From positions 160,001-224,000 of the forward strand of contig JBCCHT010000012.1 of NCBI GenBank assembly GCA_039028615.1: 64,000 nt of DNA, read 5' to 3'. Origin of the DNA: Myxococcota bacterium. GTDB taxonomy: Bacteria > Myxococcota_A > Polyangia > Nannocystales > Nannocystaceae. The notes below the pieces were generated by a model, which was given only the letters and a program-made list of their open reading frames with translations, searched no databases and was not told the origin of the DNA. Shown here piece after piece: positions 1 through 8,631 of the stretch (its first letter is position 1; every line of letters starts with the position of its first letter). The position numbers and the translations under genes were made by a program.

Positions 1-99
1 GAGTCCTCGTCGTTTCGCTCACTGGTATGTGGCGAAACTGGTTCAACCACTCGGTGGCTATGCCGAGTTTTTTCTCCAACCAAACCGATCGTTCCGACG

Positions 100-816
100 A
101 TGCCCAAATCCCCTGAACTCGAGTCCGAAGCGCTCCACGACGCGATCGTCCTGGGGCGTCCAAAGGCCTTTCGGCGACTGTATGGCCACTACGAGCCGCG
201 AGTCCGCTACGCGGTGGCTGCCGCCGCGTTCCGCCGTCGGCACACGCGCGACGTCGACGAGCTGGTCCAGGAAGTCTGGTGCCGCGTACTGGAGAACGAT
301 CGTCGGCTGCTGCGCCGCTTCGACTCGACCCGGGGCCGGTTCGGGCCCTTCATCGCCGTCGTGGCCTATCAGCAGGCACTCATCGCGGTACAGCGACATC
401 GCCGGCAACTCCCGAAGAGCGAGGGGGACGTGGCCGACGGGGCCTTCGAGGATCCGGGCTCGTCCGACTTCGTGACCGACATGATCCAGAGCGACCTGTA
501 CGAGAAGGTCTTGTCTCGCGCGATGGAGCAGCTCGGGCCGGACGATCAGCTGCTCTTGAGCGAAGTCCATCTTCACGAGCGCAGCTTCCGGGAAGTCGCA
601 GCCGAACTCGGCGTCAGCGAAAACGCGGCCTACAAACGCAACGAGCGGCTCAAGCGGAAGCTCGAGGGTATCGCTTCGGCGTTGCTGGGCACGTCCGAAG
701 CTCGCAGCCACTCCCCCTCGGCCGGTGCCGTATTGGGCCTGGTGTTCGCCTCGCTCGCCTTGTGGCCCATGCTCCGCGAGGAACCAGCCCGCGCGACGGT
801 GGAGGTCGGGCTATGA
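100..816 (+). CDS. ECF-type RNA polymerase sigma-70 factor with hydrophobic C-terminal extension
   Basis: Sigma2-like AFRRLYGHYEPRV...DVDELVQEVW...FGPFIAVVA; sigma4 HTH SFREVAAELGVSENAAYKRNERLKRKL; tail GAVLGLVFASLALWPML; stop overlaps the next ATG (ATGA 813-816). Confidence 0.9.
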   Translation: MPKSPELESEALHDAIVLGRPKAFRRLYGHYEPRVRYAVAAAAFRRRHTRDVDELVQEVWCRVLENDRRLLRRFDSTRGRFGPFIAVVAYQQALIAVQRHRRQLPKSEGDVADGAFEDPGSSDFVTDMIQSDLYEKVLSRAMEQLGPDDQLLLSEVHLHERSFREVAAELGVSENAAYKRNERLKRKLEGIASALLGTSEARSHSPSAGAVLGLVFASLALWPMLREEPARATVEVGL

Positions 817-1682
817 GCTTCAAACAAAGCGGTGGCCAGCCGAGCGAGAGTGTCGTCTCGGAGCTCGTGGGCTTCGCTCTGGCGGAGCAACACGACGGCG
901 ACAACGTGTGGCGGGACTGGTGTGCAGGTACGCTGGAGCGGGACGAAGTGATCGAGATGCGCCAGGGCAAGGAGTCACCCGAGGGGATCGCCCTGCGGCT
1001 CGAAGCGTTCGCCCCCGCGTCGCGCAAGGCTCGCTCGCAGACGCTCGACACCCTCCTTTCACGGTTCTTCGCCGATGACGAGAGCCCGCTGACGCTGGTG
1101 CCGAACGAGGACGACGCATCAGGCCGCGGTTCGACCTCGAAGCAATCGCAGTCTCCCCAGCGAGGGCCCGACCTCAGAGTCATCGTCGGCGGAGTGACGG
1201 CTCTGGCCGCGGCCGCACTGTTGGTCTGGGTGCTCGACCCTCAGGGCTCCATCGACGAACAACCTCTGCCAGAGTATCGACTCGAGGCGGTCGGCGGAGG
1301 CAGCGGAGCGATGCGAGCCCTCGACGACGGCCCGCAGCGGGAAGGCTGCGACGCGGTCTATCGCCCCGGGCAAGACCTGAAGGTTCACATCGTCCCCAGT
1401 ACCGCTTCGATCGAGACGCTATCGGTCGCAGTCTGGGACGAGCCCGCCGCAGGCAGCTCACGATGGCTGCCGCTCGAGGCTCCGAGGCAGTCGGTCGAGG
1501 GCACGGTGACACTCCAGCAGTCGATCGAGACGCTGGGCCTTTCTACCGGGGCCCACACGCTGACCTTCTTCGTCACCCGCCAGGGTGAGCGCTTCGATCT
1601 CGAGCAGCTCCGCGCGCTGCCCCCAGGCTCGCACGCGGGTGTGTCCGTGTTCCGGCAGACCTTCTGCATCGAAGACCAATGA
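813..1682 (+). CDS. Single-pass membrane protein, putative anti-sigma factor (289 aa)
   Basis: Start re-assigned to ATG 813 (in frame with ORF 279..1682; ATGA overlap with sigma). Central TM VIVGGVTALAAAALLVWVL; C-terminal beta-rich domain with two Cys. Anti-sigma role is inferred from position and topology. Confidence 0.7.
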   Translation: MSFKQSGGQPSESVVSELVGFALAEQHDGDNVWRDWCAGTLERDEVIEMRQGKESPEGIALRLEAFAPASRKARSQTLDTLLSRFFADDESPLTLVPNEDDASGRGSTSKQSQSPQRGPDLRVIVGGVTALAAAALLVWVLDPQGSIDEQPLPEYRLEAVGGGSGAMRALDDGPQREGCDAVYRPGQDLKVHIVPSTASIETLSVAVWDEPAAGSSRWLPLEAPRQSVEGTVTLQQSIETLGLSTGAHTLTFFVTRQGERFDLEQLRALPPGSHAGVSVFRQTFCIEDQ

Positions 1683-4528
1683 GGTTCGCCATGCGTCGCT
1701 TCGCCGTCATCGTACAGATCGTGCTCGCTGCAGGGCTGACGATGCTGTGGCTGCGATGGAATCCATTGTCCTCGGATTGCGTGGAGGGCAACTGCGACGA
1801 AGGCTTCGATCCCTTCGTCGACACCGTGCCGGAGGTTCTCCCGGAGCCCCCCCCGATCACCTTCGCGGTCCAGTACGGCGGCTGCGAACGAATCGAGCGC
1901 GGAACGGCCGGGCCTCGCTGCGTCTATCGCCCGGGCAGCGAGCTACGCATGTGGCTCGATCGGCCTCGTATCGACGACGTCGCGGTGTCGATCGATGGCG
2001 CCCCCGCCCCCTTGGTGCTCTACGGCACAGAGGAACGCATCGGCCAAGGGCTGCGGATCTCACTGCCCGAAGGGCTCGCCGAGCGACTCGACCTCATCGT
2101 CGCGAACTCGGAGCCGTGGACGCTCCAGCTACGTTCCTCCGCCCTCCCCGCCGAGGTCTCGGACGAACGACTCGGAGAATTCGAGAAGCGAGGGCTCGCC
2201 CTCGAAAAACGACTGACCCTGGGCAAGGTCGAGGCCCTGAACGAGACCAAAGTCCTCATCTCCGACTGGATCGACGCCGGCCGCTACAGTGAGGCCATTC
2301 GGGAGACCCTGGTCGCGTCGTATCACCTGGTCGAGAACTGCGGACGACCCGACCTCGCCCACGACCTCATCGAGACACAACGTGAGCGGCTCCCGGAGTT
2401 CCCATGGGGCACGGCGGCGACCTCCATCTACCGCGGTCACGGCCTGCGGGACGACGGGCGACTGGTCGAAGCGGCGGAAGCATACCGGTACGGCGGACGA
2501 TATGCGCTCGGCGTCGAAGACCGAGGATTGCAGATCGACGCGTTTTCCAACTACGCGCGCGTGCTCGCAGACCTGGGCTACTTCCGGGCCGCGTCCTATT
2601 GGGGCAACCACGTGCTGTCGAGCGCGGGCGAGACCGGCGTCAGACCGGCCGATTTGATCGGGGTCATGGATACCGTCGCCCACGCGAACCTCCGGTTGCG
2701 GCGAGCGGGGCGGACCTACGACGATCCGGCCCGGCTGTTCCGCCAGATCCTCGAGCTATCGGAGCGCTACGGGCCCGACGAAGACATCGGCGAGTTCGAG
2801 CCGGCGCGCCTGGGTCTCGCCGAGATCGCGCTGATGGACGGGGCTCCGGGTGAGGCCCTGCGGTGGCTCGACGAAGCCGATCCCACCCATTTCCGCCCGC
2901 TGGACATGGTGTCCATGAACGACCTCCGGGTCCGTGCCTTGCTGGCCAAGGGTGGCCAGAGCCGGGGCAAGATCCGCGCGACCTTGCGGGCCCTCGACGT
3001 CGCACGGAAGCGAACGCAGTCGCCCTGGGCCCAGTGGAGGGCCGAGCTGACGACGGGCCTGGTTCGCGAACACGAGGCAGATCGACGAGGCGCCCGCGAG
3101 GCGTATGCGCGAGCGGAGGCGATCCTCGACCGGGCGATCCCGCTGGCCTCGCTCGGGGTGGGTCGAGAGGATCACTCGGTGGCCCACGGCGAGAGCTCGC
3201 AACGGCTGATCGCGCTGCTCCTGGCCGAGGCGCGCCCCGAAGAGGCGCTGTGTGTCGCTCGACATGTTCATCGGCGCACCGCTCAGCTGACGCTACTCCA
3301 GACTCCGGCCGATCCCACCGCCCGCGCCAGGCTCGATGGGCAGATCGAGAGATTCAGAGCCCTCGAAACCGACTACGCGGCCACGCTCGGGCGCGAGGCC
3401 AAGCGGGCGGGTCCCGCGGCCGACACCGCCCCGCGCGAGTCAGCCGTCGTGCGCGGCCAGCTCGACGAGCTCGCGCTCGAGATCCTGCGGAGCCAAGGCG
3501 TCGAGCCCTCGCCATCGAGCTGCGACCACCTGGTGAAGCGTCGGCCCGGCGAGTTGCTGCTGGGCTTGTATCCTCACCTCGGCGGCTTGCTGGTCGTCGC
3601 CCAAGACGACCTCGCCACCAGCTACCGGGTGATCGCCAACTACGGCGAACTGGCGCGTTCCCGCGATTGGGCCTGGCTCGGTCGCTTGTTGCTCGGCCCG
3701 CTCGACGAAGAGCTGGCACGAGCTCAGCGAGTCCGGGTCCTCGCTCATGGAGAGCCATCGACGATCCCCGTGCACGCGCTGGCGGTCCGCGGCGAACCCC
3801 TCGGCACTCAAATCCCGGTGGTCTACGGGCTCGAGCTCCCGCCTCACGAGGCTCGCGCATCGGGTGCCGAGCACAACGCGTTGGTCCTCGAAGATCCCGG
3901 CGCGCTCGGGGCGAGCGAAGAAGCCGACGTCGTCATGGAGGTGCTCTTCGGCAGCGGTTGGTTCCCCAAGCGGGGAGGCACGGGGCCGGCTACGGCCGAA
4001 TCACTCGAAGAAGAGCTCGGCTCGGTCGACTTGTTCCACTACGCCGGCCACGTCGTCTACGACCCCGTGATGCCGGGTCGACTCGGGCAGGCTTCGAGCG
4101 CGTCGGGCCGAGGCTCGAGCGAGCTGGACTTCTGGCCGCCATACGCGGGCGGGGCCGCAGCACGACCGTCGTACATTCCGCTCGGCGAGCACGGTCGTCT
4201 CGGCGTTCAGCGAATCCTGATGCTCGAGCAGACGCCCCGCACTGCGGTCCTGATGGGGTGTGAGACGGGTGTCCAAGGCCCTGCGTCGACCCATGGCGGC
4301 GTCAGCCTGGCCGCGGCGTTCTTGGCCGCGGGCACCGAAGCGGTCGTCGCCAGTACGGCGAAGATCGACGGGAATGACGGCCTGCTGCTGGCCCGAGGGC
4401 TGTACGCGGGCTCGATGGGAGGGTCGATTCGTGATCCGGGCGCGTGGTTCATGGCCGCGCTGCGATGGGCCCGAGAGCGGGGCCTGTCCGACGAGTCGAT
4501 GGGCAACTTTCGCCTCCTGGTGCCCTAG
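1679..4528 (+). CDS. Membrane-anchored/secreted TPR-like + CHAT (caspase-like, clan CD) protease
   Basis: N-terminal hydrophobic segment, helical-repeat middle region, C-terminal CHAT motifs IPVHAL, LFHYAGH (His at 4049) and VLMGCETG (Cys at 4259), SLAAAFLAAGTEAVVAS; ATGA overlap at 1679-1682. Confidence 0.85.
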   Translation: MRFAMRRFAVIVQIVLAAGLTMLWLRWNPLSSDCVEGNCDEGFDPFVDTVPEVLPEPPPITFAVQYGGCERIERGTAGPRCVYRPGSELRMWLDRPRIDDVAVSIDGAPAPLVLYGTEERIGQGLRISLPEGLAERLDLIVANSEPWTLQLRSSALPAEVSDERLGEFEKRGLALEKRLTLGKVEALNETKVLISDWIDAGRYSEAIRETLVASYHLVENCGRPDLAHDLIETQRERLPEFPWGTAATSIYRGHGLRDDGRLVEAAEAYRYGGRYALGVEDRGLQIDAFSNYARVLADLGYFRAASYWGNHVLSSAGETGVRPADLIGVMDTVAHANLRLRRAGRTYDDPARLFRQILELSERYGPDEDIGEFEPARLGLAEIALMDGAPGEALRWLDEADPTHFRPLDMVSMNDLRVRALLAKGGQSRGKIRATLRALDVARKRTQSPWAQWRAELTTGLVREHEADRRGAREAYARAEAILDRAIPLASLGVGREDHSVAHGESSQRLIALLLAEARPEEALCVARHVHRRTAQLTLLQTPADPTARARLDGQIERFRALETDYAATLGREAKRAGPAADTAPRESAVVRGQLDELALEILRSQGVEPSPSSCDHLVKRRPGELLLGLYPHLGGLLVVAQDDLATSYRVIANYGELARSRDWAWLGRLLLGPLDEELARAQRVRVLAHGEPSTIPVHALAVRGEPLGTQIPVVYGLELPPHEARASGAEHNALVLEDPGALGASEEADVVMEVLFGSGWFPKRGGTGPATAESLEEELGSVDLFHYAGHVVYDPVMPGRLGQASSASGRGSSELDFWPPYAGGAAARPSYIPLGEHGRLGVQRILMLEQTPRTAVLMGCETGVQGPASTHGGVSLAAAFLAAGTEAVVASTAKIDGNDGLLLARGLYAGSMGGSIRDPGAWFMAALRWARERGLSDESMGNFRLLVP

Positions 4529-7500
4529 GCTCGGCTGGCCAGCCATCGTCGGACCTCCCGTATCTCGTCGTGGTACCGCTCCGGCGCGCTCGAGTAGCTG
4601 GATAGGGCCGCTTCGGCCAGCCCGATCGCCTGACGTCGCTCGTCTCGACCACGAGCGGTCCTCCAGGTGGTGCGGGCCAGCAAGAACGCGGCTTCGGCCC
4701 GCGCCTCGGGTGAGCGCGTCGCGTCGCTCGCCTTCGACCAGACCTCCGTCGCAGCCGCGTGGGCTCGCCGCTCTCGCCCTCGTGAGAGCAGAGCCGACGC
4801 CAGCTCGATCCGGGCCTCCATCAGCGAATCGCCCGACCCGTCGTCGGCCGCCGCGAAGATCTCCACCGCCTTCTCCAAGAACTCGGACCCCTGCCGACCG
4901 TCTCCGGACGACACGAGGAGCCGACCCAGGTCCAGGTAGCTGCGCGCGACATCGGGATGCTCGGCACCACGGTCTTCGACGCGGATCTCCATGATGCGCT
5001 CCAGCTCCGCCCGAGCCTCCGCATGGCGCCCCTGCTCTCCGACCACACGGGCCAACCTGGCGGCATCGACGAGCGTCTGCGGGTGCCGCTCGCCATGATT
5101 CGCCTGATCGGCCTCCAAGAGCGCCCGTAGTTCGCGCTCCGCCTGCTCGAACTCCCGCTGTCGGGTCAGAACCCGGATGAAGATGCTCCGCGCGATCGAT
5201 GTCGTCGGGCTCAGGGGGCCGCTGGAGCCCTCCGTCTCGCGCAGGGCTCGCTCGGCCAGGTTCACCGCCTCTTCGAGCCTCCCGAGTGGGATCAGGACAC
5301 GCGCCAAGTTCATCTCGGCGGACGCGATCCGGGGATGACCTGCGCGTCGGTTTCGCTGCTGGATCTCGAGCGTGCGCCGCATCATCGGCTCCGCCTCCGC
5401 GTACTCACCCGAGTTCATGAGCAGGACGGCGATGTTCCCCGCGGTCTCGGCCACCATGGGATGGTGCTCTCCATAGATGGCGGTCTTGAGCTCGAGCGCT
5501 CGACGAAACTCCGCCTCGGATTCCTCATCGCGCCCCATTCGCATCAGCGTCACGCCGAGGTTGTTGTGGAGAAAGGCACTCCGCACGTCGTTGCCACCGT
5601 GGGCTCCTTCGCTCAGCTCCAGGGCCGCCCGGTACTGCCGCTCTGCGAGCGTGAACTGTCCTCGGCTTCGATGCAGGTTCGCGATCGAGTTCCGAATGGC
5701 GAGGATCTGGGGATGGTGAGGCGGCAGGGTCTTCAGCGAGATCGCGAGCGCACGCTCGTGCAGATGCTCCGCCTCGTCGGGACGGTCCATCATGCGCAAG
5801 ACCGTTCCCCGGTTGCTCATGTTCAGCGCTCGGCCCGGGTGATCCGGGCCGAGTACCTCGTCTTGAATCGCCGATAACTGCAGGCTCTCTTCCAGGGCAC
5901 CTTCGTGGTTCCCTCGCTCCAGCAGGACCCACACCAGATCGCTGCGAGACGACAGCGTGGTGTAGTGCTCGGGGCCCAGCGCTTCGGTACCGAGCCGGAT
6001 CGAGTCCCGCAGCTCTCGCTCCGCCCGCTCCCAGTCCCCCATCCTCTTCACCACCATGCCGAGGTGGTGACGTGCCCGCGCTTCCAACCCGGGGTTGTCC
6101 GCCGTCAGCTCCAGAGCGATGTCGGCGTAGCGCAGGCCGTCTTCCATCTGCAGCCGCTGGTAGCCCACGACGAACAGGAGCTGCGTAGCCGCCTCGGCCA
6201 TGAGACGCGTGTGATGCACTCGGGTCGCGACCCGGAGCGCACGCCGCAGAGAGGCTTCGGAGTCCTCGTATTCACCAAGCTCTCCAAGCAAGATGCCCTT
6301 CTCCAGCGCGGCTTCGCTCAGCAACGGCGCATAGGCATCGTCGTCCAGGCCTTCGTCGATCGACTCGAATCGGTCCCGGGCCTCCACGAAGCGCCCTGCG
6401 ACTCGGTCCAACCGGGCAAGCCCGATCTCGTCGCGAAGTGCCTGCACGTCCCCGTCTTGTTCCGGCGAGGGTGGGTCCACATCCGAGATGAGCGCGGCCG
6501 TGTCTTCGCACTCCGACAGCGGCACGAGCTCATCCACGAGTTCATGGGCCTTCACCAGCAACGAAGGGTCGGCCGACGCGACGGCATCGACGGTGCGGCC
6601 GAACTCTCGCCGCGCTCCATCGAGACAGCCCATGCGACGATCCATCACCTCGACCGACTGCTCCTGACGGATTCGCGTGGCCTCACACGCGGAGCGGCGC
6701 TGCTCGACCCACTCCCCGGCGTAGGCATCGAGCCGGGGTGAGAGCTCGCGCGTCCACATCGTCGAGGCGAACTCCATGTTCGTTTCGGCCAGCCGCCGCC
6801 CGATCTCGGCCTCATGAGCCGCCGTCCAGACCTCCGCGATCTCCGAGTCGGCGCCGTCGCACCGCGCCTCGAACTCGGCGAACCGAGCGAGCCCGAGGCT
6901 CATGGAACCAGCCCCGAGCAGGAGCCCCGTGAGCCACCACTTGGTCGAACGCCTCGCCACCAGCCGCTCCAACTCGGCCAGGAGCTCGTCCATGGAGGGC
7001 CAGCGGTGGGACGGCTCCGCCGATAGACCACGAACGAGCGCCCGATGTAGAGCGGAGGGCACGGCCTTCGATGGCGGCCGCTCTTCGAACTCCTCGAGGA
7101 ACTTCTCTTCCATGAGATCGACGAAGGTCGACCCCTGATAGGGGCGATGCCCGTAGAGCGCCTCGTACAGCGAGACACAGAAGCTGAACTGATCGCTCCG
7201 CGCATCGATCTCCCGCCCCGCCATCTGCTCGAACGGCATATAGGCCGGGGTCCCCACGACGGTGCCCGTGCTGGTCAGCGACAGCTCCACGGCCACCGAC
7301 CGCCAGCCGAGACGCTCCTCGAGCGTCTGGTCGGGGTCGGGGTCGCTCAAGTCACCCACGAGGCCAAAGTCGAGCACCCGCGGCCGCCCGGTCTCATCGA
7401 TGATGCAGTTGTCCGGCTTGAAGTCGCGGTGCACGAGGCCCGCGGCGTGAGCCGCCGCGAGGCCGCGGCCGAGCTGAAGATAGGTGTCGACACACTCGCG

Positions 7501-7917
7501 CCAGCTCCGGTGGTTTTGCTGCCACCGTCGCAGCGTGGGGCCCGCGACCAGCTCCATCACGATGAACCACCGCCCCTCGGCCTCGGTGACCTCGTAGACG
7601 TGCACGACGTTGGGGTGCGAGAGCCGAGCGAGCGCCTGGGCTTCCCGACGGAGCCGGTCGGTGTCTTCTTCCGTGGTCTGGGAGTGGAGCAGCTTGATGG
7701 CCACCACCCGGTCGAGAGACTCGTCGTACGCCTTGAACACCGCCCCCATGCCCCCGTGTCCGAGGTGGCTGACGACGACGTAGCGACCGAGGGTCTGGCC
7801 GCGAGAGAGCTCGCTGGGACCGACACCGCCCTCCGCGGGGAGCTCGTCCTGCATCTCCTGGAGCAGGCGGTCCATATGGCGAGCGACCGTATCTCGAGCG
7901 TACTCGGCCGAGTCCAT
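4525..7917 (-). CDS. Ser/Thr protein kinase with TM segment and many TPR repeats
   Basis: LGHGGMGAVF, VAIK, HRDFKPDN, DFG, GTPAYMPFE, SDQFSFCV; repeats such as LGPDHP, LHNNLGVTL and YGEHHP. Start M32 of ORF 4525..8010 is uncertain. Confidence 0.92.
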   Translation of the reverse strand: MDSAEYARDTVARHMDRLLQEMQDELPAEGGVGPSELSRGQTLGRYVVVSHLGHGGMGAVFKAYDESLDRVVAIKLLHSQTTEEDTDRLRREAQALARLSHPNVVHVYEVTEAEGRWFIVMELVAGPTLRRWQQNHRSWRECVDTYLQLGRGLAAAHAAGLVHRDFKPDNCIIDETGRPRVLDFGLVGDLSDPDPDQTLEERLGWRSVAVELSLTSTGTVVGTPAYMPFEQMAGREIDARSDQFSFCVSLYEALYGHRPYQGSTFVDLMEEKFLEEFEERPPSKAVPSALHRALVRGLSAEPSHRWPSMDELLAELERLVARRSTKWWLTGLLLGAGSMSLGLARFAEFEARCDGADSEIAEVWTAAHEAEIGRRLAETNMEFASTMWTRELSPRLDAYAGEWVEQRRSACEATRIRQEQSVEVMDRRMGCLDGARREFGRTVDAVASADPSLLVKAHELVDELVPLSECEDTAALISDVDPPSPEQDGDVQALRDEIGLARLDRVAGRFVEARDRFESIDEGLDDDAYAPLLSEAALEKGILLGELGEYEDSEASLRRALRVATRVHHTRLMAEAATQLLFVVGYQRLQMEDGLRYADIALELTADNPGLEARARHHLGMVVKRMGDWERAERELRDSIRLGTEALGPEHYTTLSSRSDLVWVLLERGNHEGALEESLQLSAIQDEVLGPDHPGRALNMSNRGTVLRMMDRPDEAEHLHERALAISLKTLPPHHPQILAIRNSIANLHRSRGQFTLAERQYRAALELSEGAHGGNDVRSAFLHNNLGVTLMRMGRDEESEAEFRRALELKTAIYGEHHPMVAETAGNIAVLLMNSGEYAEAEPMMRRTLEIQQRNRRAGHPRIASAEMNLARVLIPLGRLEEAVNLAERALRETEGSSGPLSPTTSIARSIFIRVLTRQREFEQAERELRALLEADQANHGERHPQTLVDAARLARVVGEQGRHAEARAELERIMEIRVEDRGAEHPDVARSYLDLGRLLVSSGDGRQGSEFLEKAVEIFAAADDGSGDSLMEARIELASALLSRGRERRAHAAATEVWSKASDATRSPEARAEAAFLLARTTWRTARGRDERRQAIGLAEAALSSYSSAPERYHDEIREVRRWLASRA

Positions 7918-8171
7918 GGCCGAAAACCCGGATGAATTGGAGTCGGTCACCCAGTTCGATATCGGACTCACCACCCCTTCGCAGCCGTCGGCCCCCGAAA
8001 AAAGTCGCAAGAACGAACATGGACGAAGACGGCCGGCCTCGCGCGATCTTTTTTCGTCAGGGTCGTGGATTGCGGCCGATATCGATCACGAACAAAGGCC
8101 CGGACCCGTACTCGATCGGCGTCCGAGCCAGACATCAGCCCGACATGATCGGGAGAACGGAGTCCTTCGAG

Positions 8172-8546
8172 ATGAAGATCGCAATGTTGTCCGTATTGAC
8201 CCTCGGGCTCGCCTTCTCACCCAGCCCCACCCCCTCCTCCTCGCAGGCCTCGGCATCGATCAACGTGAAGATCATGATGAACAGCCGCAAGCCCAACGGG
8301 AAGCCCTGGGACGGCTTTGGTGCGGGCGGGCCCGACCCCTTCGTGATCGTCGACGGACAGAGCTATCGGGGCGACCGCTGTCAGGACTCGTTCGTGTGTA
8401 ACATCCGGGTCTCCAGCTCGGACGACGCGATGCTCATAGAGGTACGAGACGCCGACATGCAGTTCGACGACCGAGCGGGCTCCACCACCTGCGCCGTCGG
8501 GTACGTGTGTGAGACGAGCGGCGCCACGATTGCGCTGTCACGATAG
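8172..8546 (+). CDS. Small secreted protein with C2-like Asp motifs (124 aa)
   Basis: Signal peptide MKIAMLSVLTLGLAFS; KPWDGFGAGGPDPFVIV and IEVRDADMQFDD resemble C2-domain Ca-binding loops; 4 Cys. Confidence 0.65.
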   Translation: MKIAMLSVLTLGLAFSPSPTPSSSQASASINVKIMMNSRKPNGKPWDGFGAGGPDPFVIVDGQSYRGDRCQDSFVCNIRVSSSDDAMLIEVRDADMQFDDRAGSTTCAVGYVCETSGATIALSR

Positions 8547-8631
8547 GCCCTCGAGTCCAACGAGGTCCGCGGCTGCCCCCAGCACGAGCAACGGAACAGG
8601 CGGCAAGGATGCAGTGAGGGTGAAGCTGGAG

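Noticed and set aside
279..812. N-terminal extension of ORF 279..1682 (similarly 9375, 11264, 32293, 37256, 63588 starts)
   Set aside because: Arg/Gly-rich off-frame or non-coding translation overlapping real genes; downstream starts give stop/start overlaps or signal peptides.
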